This document shows positions 32,173 through 50,083 of a stretch of DNA of 64,000 nt, in pieces. Within the stretch, counting starts at the first letter, position 1. Each line of letters opens with the position of its first letter. The notes under the pieces are model-generated. The model saw nothing but the letters and a program-made list of their open reading frames with translations. It was not told where the DNA came from and did not search any database. Origin of the DNA: Auanema rhodensis (taxonomy: Eukaryota; Animalia; Nematoda); NCBI GenBank assembly GCA_964057225.1, contig OZ059896.1:8618001-8682000 (forward strand). The letters are read 5' to 3'. A program made the translations under genes and the position numbers.

Positions 32173-33636
32173 ATGAGATGGTACCGAATTCACAATCGTA
32201 TAGCCATTCTTTTCATAGCATGTGCATGTACATTATCAGTATATGCTCTACTTAAAAAGGTTGAAAAAATCTGTATTTTATGGTTATTTTTTTATTTTTT
32301 TGTTGTTTCATGTTAATTTATATGTATATATAAACATATATTATAGCTAAATAATATTTAGATATTTAGTTATTTTGATATTAAATTAATAAGAAAATAT
32401 TTATTCCTAACTATAACATATGTATATATATATTTTGGAAATATTGAAATTTTGAAAGAAAATGGAAAAAAAATTTATTTACTTACCTAAATTAATTTAA
32501 AAATATTTAAACTAATCAAGATAGCCATTAAGGAATTAAATTAAATTTTTATTATGTTCAGGTTCAACGAGTAATGTATTTCAATGAACTAGATCTTAGT
32601 GTAGAACTTGCTGGAACAATAGCCTCAATATATTTTTTAAGTTCATCACATTCAATGTAAGAATATATATTCATAAATATAATATAATATATATATTATA
32701 ATATTTAGAAACAATGTTCCTTCTATTAACATGTTAATACATGCAGATGGCTATTTTCCAGATGATATTATATGTGAAACACGAAATGCCACTTCTCAAA
32801 TAAAATCTTCATTAAGGTAATTAAGATGAAACAGTTTTTTATCTTAATATAATTATTATTATTTGTTATTTTAGAATTCAAGAAATAGGTCCAAGTTCAA
32901 TTAAACGAGGATATTGTGAAGCAGTAGAAAATCCTATTTATCATACTTTATTAAATAATGACTTTGCTATACCAGTAAGAGTAGCTTAATTTATATGAAT
33001 ATATTAAACAAAATAGGTTGAGCCTCATATAATTAAAGTCCAAGAAGTAGCAGAAGAAGAAGAAGAAGATGAAGAAACAGTGCAATCAAAGGATACAGTT
33101 TGCATAACTTATGGATTATTATATGATGATATATCTACTATGCGAGCAATTATGAGAAGATATTCAGAGAGTCATATAGTAAGTTTTAATTTAAATTCTT
33201 ATATATTTACATTAAAACTTTAAAATATGTTTTAATTAGTTCAGCAATAGACTAGTTTTATTATTTTCTTTACTCTTAGGTTGTATATGGAGCAAGTTGG
33301 AGCGATGAAGTAATTATTGAGCTACGCCAACAATCATATAACATAGAAACTGTTCCATGGCCAATGGTACAGAATACTTCAATCTCTTCCAAAAAATCAC
33401 ATGAAAGGCCTTCTGAAGATATTTTAACTTTGCACATTGATACTTACATGACAACATTATCAATGTCATTAGCTGATTGTTGGATGAAGTATGGTCCAGT
33501 ATCAGAATCTGTTACATTTATTCATCTAAACAATATAATCTTTGCTGGCCTCCACCCTCCACCTCCTGCACCACTGGGATCTACGTTAGTTTTTTTTTTT
33601 TTGCTCATATTATTTAATTATCATTTTATCTATTAG
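32173..33636 (+). CDS. Type II membrane protein resembling a truncated, degenerate glycosyltransferase family 92 (DUF23)
   Basis: Six GT-AG exons join in frame (32173-32259, 32562-32656, 32709-32816, 32875-32974, 33017-33178, 33280-): MRWYRIHNRIAILFIACACTLSVYALLKK...DTVCITYGLLY...HIVVYGASW...IETVPWP...SLADCWMKYGPVSESVTFIHLNNIIF. The gene structure is solid; the family call rests on motif resemblance. The 3' end is uncertain (read-through stop at 33636, or a donor at 33585). Confidence 0.7.
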
Positions 33637-34514
33637 TTAATTTTTTAATTATCTTGTCAAGTACAAGGAAATATTATAAAAATACGTGAAAAGCAATAAG
33701 TAGAGTATGAAAAACTCATGATGAGTCGTGTGACGTGCAACAAGCATCGTTAAAGCTTGATTTGTGACGAAAGCAGAGAAACATTTTGGTGTAATATGAG
33801 ATATCTTCTTTTTCGTTTCTTTTTTTAAACTCTATTTAGACTATACCTTCACCTTAATACGCCTGTTCTTTCATATTAACAAGTGCAAAATTCGAACAAA
33901 TGTTTGAAGAAAATAACAAAATTCTGGTCAAATGTATTTGCGTCTGAGTATGTACTTGACCATCAACTTAAATACTTATATTTATAATATTTTAATTAGT
34001 TTGATATTCAAAGTTATATGGATTCTCACACGAAAATGACATCATTATCAAAATAAAAATAGATTTGGGTTTGAGAACGATGTACATATGTATATCAACG
34101 TTGTTCACACATATTGGAAAACCATGACTTGAACAGCAGAACATCCCCGAAATGTATGTGTGTACATGGTTAACTTCAGAAATTATGTGCGCTTGAGTAA
34201 AGAACATTGGGGTCTTCTATGATATTTTCAAATAGCAGTTGTTTCAAAGTTTTTGATTATTCTTCAATATAGTATTTTTTATCTTTAACTGATAAGGGTT
34301 TTTAAAGTCGATATATGTACAAATATATACAACAGTAGTAGACTAGAACCACTATAAGAATTATAAAAGATAAATATTATTATTAAAATAGCAATTGAAT
34401 TCGATGTCATTATATGATAAAAGAATGATTCAAGAATTAAAAAGGAAATCACTAAATATTACATCATACTTATGATATTTCAATCATTCAAATGTAATTT
34501 TTTTTTATTTTTAG

Positions 34515-35886
34515 AAATTCTTTATTCACTTTACTAACTGATTCATGGAAACTTCAACGATTGAATATAGTGAAGATTGTCGATAATAACCGTAATGTTT
34601 TATTTTTTTTTTATTATTTTATTCAAAAAAAATCATTTTTTTCTTCACAAAACTTTCATATTTTCTACTTTGGATTCGTTGAATTTTGTAAGTTTAGTGC
34701 TTGTGATACAACGTGTAAAGAAATAATAATACAACACATGACAATTGAAATTGATCTTCAATCTTTTGTATAATGATTAGTTCAGAAAATCATTTGATTT
34801 TTCCTTGAAAGATCGAAAATGACAAAAAAAAAGGAATGAAATGACTTTGTAATAATGTTTATCTAAATGAGCACTTAGAAGCACGTGTGTTTTTCAAAAA
34901 TGGCACCCCTTTAAGGTCTGATTTTGTCATTTTGTACCTGAAGAGTAATTTTGAAAAACTGATAAAGATGATAAAGCGAAATGTTTGCAAGTTTCTTATC
35001 ATTTTTAGTAAATTTCTTGAACACAAAGTACGATATAGTAATTTATATCAGATTCATAAAGCTGAAAAATGTTTTACACAAGTTTATAACAATTAACTTT
35101 AATTAATTAAAAAGGTTAGAAACTGAAAAATGCTATACTTTTCAGAGTTATCGTTAACATTCTCTGAACTTTGCCACAGTAGAAGCGGAGATTCAGACTG
35201 TGTGCCCATGCAATCATCTTCAAACTTTAAGGTTTGTTAAAAAGTTTCAACTGATAAGAAGGATATTTTTAAATGAATTTTGGAACATATCTTATAAAAA
35301 AACTTGTTTTTAAAACAGTTTTCATTTCTATAACGGAAAAGAACTTTAATTTTTACAGCTGACACCACGACATTTGAAACAAACGACGCTTAAAAAATCA
35401 TCCTCTTCATTTTTTGGTCAAGTATCATATAATAGCCAAATATTAGAGTAAGAATTAAGTTATTATTTTTAAAAAAGATCGACAACCGTACTATCATTTT
35501 CCCAAAAAAATTTTAATATTCATGTAATATATAACATAATACAGTGTTTTAGGTGTACAATTTCAAATACTACACATTATGGAAACAACTTAGAAAACAA
35601 AATGGATTCATCTTCTGAGCTTGAACATGCAAATAATGTACATTTTGGTTCTGCTCCAGATCCATGCAATATTCCCTTACGAAAGAATATGTATCGCTGT
35701 CGATCAGCAACAGAATACACTAAGAAGTTGTATAACAGTCAACAGAAGGTATGTTATATCATTTGACAAAAGAACTAAACAAAAATTTGTCTATTTTTTT
35801 CACGACGGGTTTCCTTGTGATTCCCAATTATTGCATCACTCTTAAATCTTTCGCAGTGTCTTCTACATATTTCAACCATCAGTTGA
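34515..35886 (+). CDS. Candidate orphan multi-exon gene (Ser/Thr/Asn-rich, no recognised domain); start unresolved
   Basis: Exons 34515-34591, 35146-35231, 35359-35447, 35553-35748 and 35857-35886 have GT/AG ends and compatible phases, giving NSLFTLLTDSWKLQRLNIVKIVDNNQLSLTFSELCHSRSGDSDCVPMQSSSNFKLTPRHLKQTTLKK...CNIPLRKNMYRCRSATEYTKKLYNSQQK. Confidence 0.45.
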
Positions 35887-37950
35887 TCATTAATTCGGCA
35901 TCCTTCAAGACATACTTTTAAAATATTTTTTTTTGCAAAACTATACGTTTGGATGTTAACAAATCTTCGAAATCATTCCCAAATGCAACGAAATGGCGCT
36001 GACACATATATACAGCTCGTTGTTACATGATAAACTCTGTGTTGCGTTCAAACTGATTTAAAATTCTCATATTCTCTCTTGTTTTAGACAACTCATCATT
36101 GAAGCTTTAATTAATAAATGAGATATATCATATAAATAAACTCAAACACAAGAAAAAACTGAAACGATGTTTGATGTTTTACGGTTCAATTAATCATAAA
36201 AGGGGGGTTTTCTTTAGAATTCAAGTGAAAAGTGATATTTCTCGTAATCAAAATAGAATGTCCTTAAAATTGGGTGCATTCGGAAACATGATAAGACGGC
36301 GATATAAGTCGTTGACTACTTTGAATCATTTCTACTTATTTTCTTTTAAAAGAGTACTACAATTTAGTGTTTAGTTAACATTTATGTTTACTTTATTTAA
36401 TATCAATAAGAATTATAACAATTTACTTTTTTTAGGTAAATATCGTGTTAAAAAGAGCCTTACTACTCCATACGGACGGATGTCATCTTTGATTTGTGAA
36501 TAATGTTAAATCTATTGAATACGTGTATAAAAAGTTTTTATTGAAATAAATATAAACGTTATGTTTTCGGATTTTTCATCGATGTCCTCGAATTGTAAAG
36601 CATTTGCCTTTTCTGTTTCTTCTGCTGTCACTGCAATCCGCAAGTTAATGGTACACACTCTTCTTTCTTCCTTCTTTCTTCCTTCTTTCTCCCCCCCCCC
36701 TCTCTTTCTCTCTCTCTCTCGTGTCGATGTGCTACTACAATGTTTCGGCAGAACAATAAGCGAATAATCACTATCAAACTGCATCTGACGAACTCCCATC
36801 GGATGATATGAACTTATCTGCTTTCACCACGCCATACCAAAAAATCAGATTTGGAAGGCATAAAAGTGAACTCCAACTGCGATACCTGCCATCCCTTTGA
36901 TATAAAAATGCTATGATTAGCTATCAAAGAAACTTCAAACCAATTTTTCTTTCCAACTCATTGCCGTCAGTACTTTCTCATAATGATATTCATTGTTTCT
37001 TCAGCAAAGAGTGGCAGTATTAGCGTATTTGATCAGTCAGCACCCATCCTTTCTCTCAACTTTATGTTCAACAGTTTCAACGTTGATTTTGCTTTCCTTT
37101 TCCTCATTCTCTTTTTTCGCTAGTTCTCTTTCTCTCTTTATAACTTCAATGAATGGGCGGAACACTCTAGCTCTATGCCTTTCGAAAAGTTCTTTTTCTC
37201 TTATTATCTCTTCTTTTTTCACGTTTCAGATGCTGCCACCTAGTGTCTCTCCCACGTGGTGGCTAGATCTCTTCCCCTCATCTTCAGTCCCAACCTTCAC
37301 CGCCTGTCAGTTCGGCACTCGCACACACATATACACACTGAGAAACCTCTTCAACAAACTAACCGAATCATTTCCCCTTACTTTTGCTTCAGCTATCTTT
37401 CGTTTCCTACTAAAGACTAATGTTATATTGAGCCTAACTACGCTATTAGCATTTTCTACATGGCCATCAAGAGGCTTGCTAACTGAGCTCGATCTAAATA
37501 AAGGCTGGCAAAATGAGGGTCTCGCAGCGCTATGCCACACCACACTGCCTCATATAATTCCAACGTGTCGCCTGCTTCTGCCCGCTTTTTACAAACGGTC
37601 TCACTGAATAATTTTTTAGGATTATCGTTTCAAAATGTGCTCTAACTCACGATCTTTTTTTGGTAATATTGATTTTTATACAAACTCAACAGATCTAATT
37701 ATATTCAATATAGTATTTTGCCCTAATATGCGATTTATACCTTCGAGTTTTGATAGTTTGAACTTTTGGTCTAAGATTCATAATCTTCATCTTCTTCTGT
37801 CATCTTTTTCAGTTACAGTCTCAAGGTGCGAGACAGATGACCCTCTATTATTTTAGTTCATAATACTCTAATGTCTGTTGCCACTATGTCGACTTATGTT
37901 TCTTTTGCCTCTCAGTTCTCTTTCTTTTTCTAAGTTGTTATGTTTCAGTC

Positions 37951-39986
<2,036 letters not shown>

Positions 39987-40069
39987 TTTTAGTTTTGAAT
40001 TTAGTTGTAATAAGAGGAATAAAATATTTATATTTGCCAACAATTGGAACAATATAACAATAACAAAAT

Positions 40070-40102
40070 AACGAAACATCAACGAAAACATCAACGAAAA
40101 CA

Positions 40103-40104
<2 letters not shown>
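40070..40104. repeat. Three-copy ~12-nt tandem repeat (AACGAAAACATC) in the gap between convergent gdh-1 and tgt-1
   Basis: aacgaaacatc aacgaaaacatc aacgaaaacatc, running into the tgt-1 stop codon. Confidence 0.85.
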
Positions 40105-41714
<1,610 letters not shown>

Positions 41715-42061
41715 CTATGAATGAACGAACTAATCTTAAAATAGAGAAAGAAATATAGATTTCAAATAACTTTTATGCTAAATCAATGTAACCAATAAAC
41801 TATATACACCTCACACAGTAAACTAACATGCAAATAAATCATTTGAATTTGACTATATTCTTAATTTCACTGAAAAAGCTACAAATGAAATGACCAGATA
41901 CAGGACAACGCATAATAATTTTTGAGACATAAATGCACTGGCTAAAACATCGTATAATATAAATATATAGAAAGTAAAACGTTACTTATATTATATAGAT
42001 CGTTACACGCCTACTATAAAAGCGACAAAAACTGTTCATCAAACGAAACCATTACATTGAT

Positions 42062-43621
<1,560 letters not shown>

Positions 43622-44668
43622 GCCAAAAAACCAATGTTAAACAAATGGTAAATTAAAATGCACAAAGGATTAACTGTGAAAAATAATGAAACAAGTATCG
43701 ATCAAAGCAATAGATTACAACAAAAGAACCGATAAATTGAAACGCTAAAAAATGCGCCGGCGCGAGAGTCGATTGACGTTGTTGTGGTTTAAGAAAGCAC
43801 GTGAATGCAGTTCACCCACGCAAATACTATTTTCCTCTTCCTTATAAATTATAAAGCTTGCCTAGACAGAAGAAACACGAGAGAGAAAGAAGAGTAAAAT
43901 TGAAAAAGCCTGTTATGAACATAACAAGGAAAACAAAACTGCTTCACTAGCACAATATTGATTTTGCTTGGCACTAACTCCCACTTCAACAAAAGATCAG
44001 AACGGCAAGAAAAATGACGTCTTAACAGAATATCATATACAATTATAAATATAACAGTTTTATTCCAGAATTTCGATCATAAGTTACACTAGTTTTGATC
44101 ATTTAATTAGAAAGATTGTTTTTATATGAAGTTTGCACAAGTATTGCAGATAAGTATAAACTGTATTCTAATTTTAAAACCATCAATTAATTATTATGCT
44201 CAATGAATATATTACAAATATTTTAAGCTGATAATGTTATACTTCATCTTGCATATTACATCTTCCAAGTTCAATCCATAATTTAAAAGTGTACGCATTA
44301 CAGTATCCTGCGAATCAAACATTGGCTAAGCGCCAAAAGCCGACTAGGTCTTTGAGCTATTTTTTATTATTTGTATATTTTTTCTTATATTTTTGTACTT
44401 TATACTATAGTTAATAGAGTAGAGAAAAATAAATTTTATATATTTCATATACTTTTAACTTATTATATCTTTTATGAACGCGTCTATTTCTGCATTTGAG
44501 ACTTAACACTGTCAAGTTTTTGCGTATTTTTCCTTTTTGAATTAAGCGTGTTGCAATAACGAAGTCTGTAATTCGAAAATTCGATATATAGTTTTCATTT
44601 GAATAAAAATGTGTTGATAGTTTATTTTCTGATCATTTCTTCTTTTTTTTCAGTTTTTATTAATAAAT

Positions 44669-45910
44669 ATGGGCAGAAAGAAGAAGAAGATTGAAAAGCC
44701 CTGGTGTTGGTAAGAGATTTTCTGTTTTTTTATGAATAAAATATTCATTTAGGTATTGTAACAGAGAGTTTGATGATGAAAAAATTCTTATACAACATCA
44801 GAAAGCAAAACATTTTAAGTGTCATATATGTCACAAAAAATTGTTCAGCGGTCCTGGATTAGCTATTCATTGCATGCAGGTTTGGTATTTTATATTAAAC
44901 CTGATTTAATGTTTTGGTTTTAGGTACATAAAGAAACAGTAGATAAAATACCAGGAGCTGTACCCGGACGAGACAACGCTCAAATGGAAATTTATGGTAT
45001 GCAAGGTGTTCCAGCTGGGGTAACGAGAGGAGGTAAGCAAAGTCTAAGAATACATTACTGAAATATTGTTATAGTTGCGGATGAAGAACCAGAAACCAAA
45101 CGATTGCGCTCAGATAATTTACCTCCTATGCCTCCTGGGCCTATGCCTGGAAGTGGGGCTATGATGGGTGCTGGGACGGTTCCACCTTTTTTCCCTATGA
45201 TACCTCCTATGATGCCTGGTATGTCCTTCCTCAAACTTTATTGTATCATGACAGTTCTATAGGCATGCCACATTTTATGCCTCCCTTGCCTCCAGGGAAT
45301 TACCCTGGAAGGCCTCGGCCGCCAGTTCCAGCTCCACCATCATTCCCTCCCAGACCAGACGAATATTATAACGCGGAAAAGTAAGTTTAATATTAAAGGG
45401 GATCTTAAACTTTGTGTGATAGTTCCTCTGAGTATGCGGAACCGCCGAGACCGGTTGACTATCCTCCTAATCCACCCTATCAAAGGGTATCTAGGTTTGA
45501 TCAACAGGAGCCTGTTGGAAGTGGAAGGTTAGCAAAATTTAGTTATGAAGTTATTTAGTAGCTTTTAGACGGACTCCTCCTGTTGAAGAAGAAATAAATC
45601 CAAATCACGGGTATGGGGTTCGCCCAGATATTAAAGAAGAATATGGAAGACCACCAGAACATCCTTACGAGGTTTTGTTTTAGTATAACTGGTTGAAAAT
45701 TATTTCAAATTTTAGATTCAACCACCAATACCATCAACAATAAGCCATCAAGCGGCATCGAAGTTAGGTGCAAAAACCAAAATCGTTCATCCTGATGATT
45801 ATTTCATGTCATTGGTATTCAATTAATGTACATTTACTTTTTTAACCAATATTTCTTAGGAGGAAAGACGGGCGTTGACTATGATGTCGGGACGTTCGAC
45901 GTACCGATAA
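44669..45910 (+). CDS. ZNF207: BUB3-interacting GLEBS-motif zinc finger protein (BuGZ/ZNF207)
   Basis: [61 protein letters not shown], a Pro/Met-rich middle and the C-terminal GLEBS motif [17 protein letters not shown]. Confidence 0.95.
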
Positions 45911-46132
45911 TATGATTGTTATTAATTGGATGGTTCGTATTTCAATGATGTTGTTCATGAGGTTTCGTACACATTTTGTTTCAGGTCTCTTAAAACACTT
46001 GTTTCTCATCAAACAAATCTTATTGTGTAATATTTTTCATATAAATAAATATCAATTATCACCCTTTGCTACCCATACCAAGCTCAATAATTTGTGAGAA
46101 ATTAAGTATGCGAAATGAGATAAATTATGCTG

Positions 46133-47556
46133 CTACTCTTCATCCAAAAATGAGATAGAACCTGCGTTGTTCTTCATGTAGCGCTTATATCTCTTATATC
46201 TAGGAAAGATCATCACTTAAAGTTTGATAAAACAAAAACATACTTTCCACTCTTGATAAGTTTCTCTTGTTCTTCTGCTTGCTTTTCTGTCTGCCAAGCC
46301 TTGAATTTTTCGGGAATCCATAATTCTTGAGCTAGCATATCTTCATGTTCTTCTTCTGACATTGCCTATAAATTTCCAAATTTTATGTTGTAAATCAATC
46401 TAAATTAAAAAATTATACCTGGAATTGACTCTCATTCATTTTCAATTGTCTGCGAATCAAAAACATCTTTGCTTCCATATCGTATTCCTGTCTTTGAATC
46501 CAATATTTCAAAGTCCATTTACCTAAATTAATAATTAAAACTGTCAACATTTCTGTTGCAGATACCGCCCCAAGATGCAAGTTTGAAAACAGTAACAGGG
46601 ATCAAAATCGTTTGCCACATCAAAGTATCGTAAACGGATTCCTTCCGATAGCCCCCTCTTAATAAGGTACGAGGTTGTTCGGAACTTTATATATTAAAAA
46701 GAACCTGACATCCATGTTTTCTTCAATTATAGATTTAATAATGTCTTCGTTATTTTTATCTTTTTGTTTCTTTAACTTGCCCTTCGAGTCCATTTCTAAT
46801 AACTGAAATATATTCAAATAAAAATTTGCTTTAAAGCAGGTAAACTTACACCCCGTTCAATACCAGTATTAATAGCTAAATTTCTAAACTTGCCAACAGT
46901 TAAAGCATAGGAAATAGCTTCAGAATACTTCTGCTTTGCACTATAGTACTGAATGAAAATTATTACATTTAACAAAAAACTCATACTACTAACTTGGAAT
47001 AATGAAATAGATAAAATTGTTCCCAATATAACTAATCGTACATCCACTTTTGGAACCATTTTGCGTCGGTAATATTGGTAATAATTATAGAATCTGAAAA
47101 TTGAAAAAAATTAAATATTCTTACAGTCTGGAGTTAGAACCTTTCCTCTGGGTGATCCAAATAGTAATCATATTCAGAGCGAGCTTCATCATCCTTAAGC
47201 GTTTCATAAGCTGTAGCAATAACTCTGAACCTTATAGTAGCTGTTTCTTTTTCCTCCTAATTTAAAAAATAATGAATTGCTGTTTCGTTAGTATATTACC
47301 GGATCTCTGATTCTGTCAGGATGAAATTTTTTCGCTAAACTCCTATAGCTTTTGGAAAGTTTCTGTTTATCGAATTCTTCACGAGAAATATTCAATACTA
47401 AAATATAAAAATCAGCACGATTTCGATAGATAATTTACCATCATAACAATTTTCTAAACCACAATACAATTCTTCAGCAAAACCTACTGCATTAATTTCT
47501 CTAACATTAACAAACAAAAAAAACAAAAAAACAACAGGCAAATCACCCAAATTCAT
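46133..47556 (-). CDS. dnj-2: DnaJ-domain membrane protein, DNAJC25 orthologue
   Basis: Signal sequence, then LYCGLENCYD, a J domain with AKKFHPD and IATAYETLKD, YYQYYRRKMVPKVDVRLVI..., and C-terminus KYKRYKRYMKNNAGSISFLDEE*. Confidence 0.93.
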
Positions 47557-48135
47557 GTTGATCCCCTGAAAAAAAATAATTTAAGCTTGAAAAAAATTGA
47601 AACGTTTTTTTACAACGTTTTAAATAATAATGGAAACAATAGCTCCAACAATACACACATAAAATGGTCCTATGCCGAATCACCAAACCTTTACAACTGT
47701 CGTGGCAGAGCTGGGAATGTATGATAGACAAAGAGCTTATTCATCGTAACTCTGGCTTCTCCGCCATGAAAATTGAAAAATCATATATATTGTTTCATGT
47801 AGATCCTTTTAACTTTTGCCGATTTCAAAAGCATCGTTAGAAATAACTTTGTTATTGAAAAAGTCTTATTAAAGTTCCGTCTTTCATCTTGAGTTTAGAA
47901 TTTCTCAAATAATATATATGTAATGAAGATCTTACTGAAATTTTTGATTGCTATCTGATAATGTTCCCTATCTAATGTAGAACAAAGTTAAAAGTAAAGA
48001 AAAAATATTAGAACTGTTGCCTATTAGGTTTTATCAGTAACTTAGATTACTGTAACCCCTTTTCTGAAAAAATTTCTAATGGAAGTGTATTACGTTTTCC
48101 TTACGGTCTGAATTAAAACACATAAATGTTTCAGC

Positions 48136-49561
48136 ATGAAAGCCTTGATTCTTGTTGGTGGATATGGAACTAGACTCCGTCCCCTCACTCTCACCCAACC
48201 TAAACCTTTGGTGGAGTTTGCTAATAAACCTATGACTGTACATCAAATTGAAGCTCTAGCTTCGGTTGGTGTTACCACTGTTGTTCTAGCTGTAAGGTAC
48301 ATAAATATAGATATATATTTTTGAATATATTGAGTTTGTGAGAATTATAGTTATCGAGCTGAGCAATTGGAACAAGAGATTTCTGTTCATGGTGCTAGAT
48401 TGGGAGTTAAAATTGTATTTTCTTTAGAAGATGTGCCTTTGGATACAGCTGGACCTTTAGCACTAGCCAGGTGAATAATTGTTATTATTGTATAACATAT
48501 GTATATTTTTAAGAAAACATCTTGAGGGTGACGAACCTTTTTTTGTACTAAACAGCGACGTTATTTGTGATTTCCCTTTTCAACAAATGTACGAATTTCA
48601 TAAAAGTCATGGGAAAGAAGGAACTATTGTTGTAACTAAAGTTGAGGAACCTTCAAAGTACGGAGTTGTTGTATTCGAAGAATCAACAGGTTGCATAGCA
48701 GAATTCGTAGAAAAACCGCAGGTAATACTGTACTAGTCTCTAACATATCATGAAAAATATTTGAGGAATACGTTGGCAACAAAATCAATGCTGGCATATA
48801 CATATTTAATTCTTCGGTCTTGGATCGAATACCTTTGAAGCCAACAAGTATGGAAAAAGAAGTTTGATAAAATGCTTGATTCTGTATGACGCTTTCTATG
48901 ATCATAGATTTTCCCCCAAATGGCCTGTTCTGAAAATCTTTATGCTTTTGTTTTACCTGGCTTTTGGATGGATGTAGGACAGCCAAAAGATTTTATTAAA
49001 GGTATTTCAAAATGATAATTGTGTTATATAAAATTCTCAGGAACAACGCTTTATCTCAATCATCAGCGTGCTAGTAATCCCAGCATGCTAGCTACTGGAG
49101 AAAACATAAGAGGTAATGTACTGATCGATTCATCAGCTCAAGTTGGATCGGATTGTAGAATAGGACCAAACGTAGTAAGTAAATTTTCATAATTCATTCA
49201 TGTGTTCTCTAAACAAGCATTTATTAATTTAACAACTCAGGTCATTGGTCCTCGTGTCGTTATTGAGGCCGGAGTTTGTTTGAGTCATTGTACCATACTT
49301 GCCGATTCAGTTGTTCGCACTCATGCTTGGATTAATCAATGTATAATTGGAAGAAAATGCTCTGTAGGGCGTTGGGCTCGACTTGAGAATACTTGTGTGC
49401 TTGGTGATGACGTGGTATGTTTACTAAAATTGAATTGCATTTAAAGTTATATGAAAACTTTTATTTAGGTTGTAAAGGATGAGTTATATTTATATGGAGC
49501 ATCTGTTCTTCCCCACAAATCCATATCAGTCAACGTTCGTGATCCAATCACCATTATGTAG
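48136..49561 (+). CDS. tag-335: Mannose-1-phosphate guanylyltransferase beta (GMPPB)
   Basis: [78 protein letters not shown], a left-handed beta-helix C-terminus and ...[18 protein letters not shown]. Confidence 0.97.
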
Positions 49562-50083
49562 ATATTTAATATTTATACTAATTCGCCAACTAGCCATATA
49601 TTCTGTGGAGACTCTATCTGTGATCCTAGCCTTTCGTTTGGCATAGTAATGCTGGGTTGTATTTAAAGCCGTGGGGCATCGTGCAATTTTTAGCGTGCCA
49701 ATTTTTTATCCGTATTGTTGGGTTGTTATAATCTTTAAAATGTTGTTCTCTTTTTTCGAGATAGTCATGAATTGGAGTTTTATTCTCTTAATATCTTAAT
49801 TTATTGATAAATGTGACATTGTTATTTGTTTACATTCGACGTATTTTCACGCTATAAACACAAATTTCGGAAATTCGGCCAAAACGGCAGATTTTTCTTA
49901 CTAATATAATTCATTTTCTGAATACAGTAAGCTTTTACAGGTGTACGTCAAAAAACTTTAATTTGGATTTCCATTTGTTATTGAAGATATGTTCATAACA
50001 GCCTTTTTTTTTATTTGAGTGTAATGTATACCAAACGAGTTGAATTCTTCTTCACACATTTGCGTTTAGAATATTGGAAACCA

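Noticed and set aside
33700-34300. Exon-like, moderately GC-rich stretch including ORF 33992-34207
   Set aside because: No frame-consistent splicing or recognisable homology on either strand.
37233-37247. CTCF-like motif CTGCCACCTAGTGTC
   Set aside because: A single imperfect match, and CTCF is reported lost in this nematode clade.
36993-37607. 204-aa plus-strand ORF and overlapping minus-strand ORFs upstream of gdh-1
   Set aside because: Low-complexity S/L/F composition from pyrimidine-rich DNA, non-ATG start and no introns, unlike every real gene here; more likely gdh-1 regulatory sequence.
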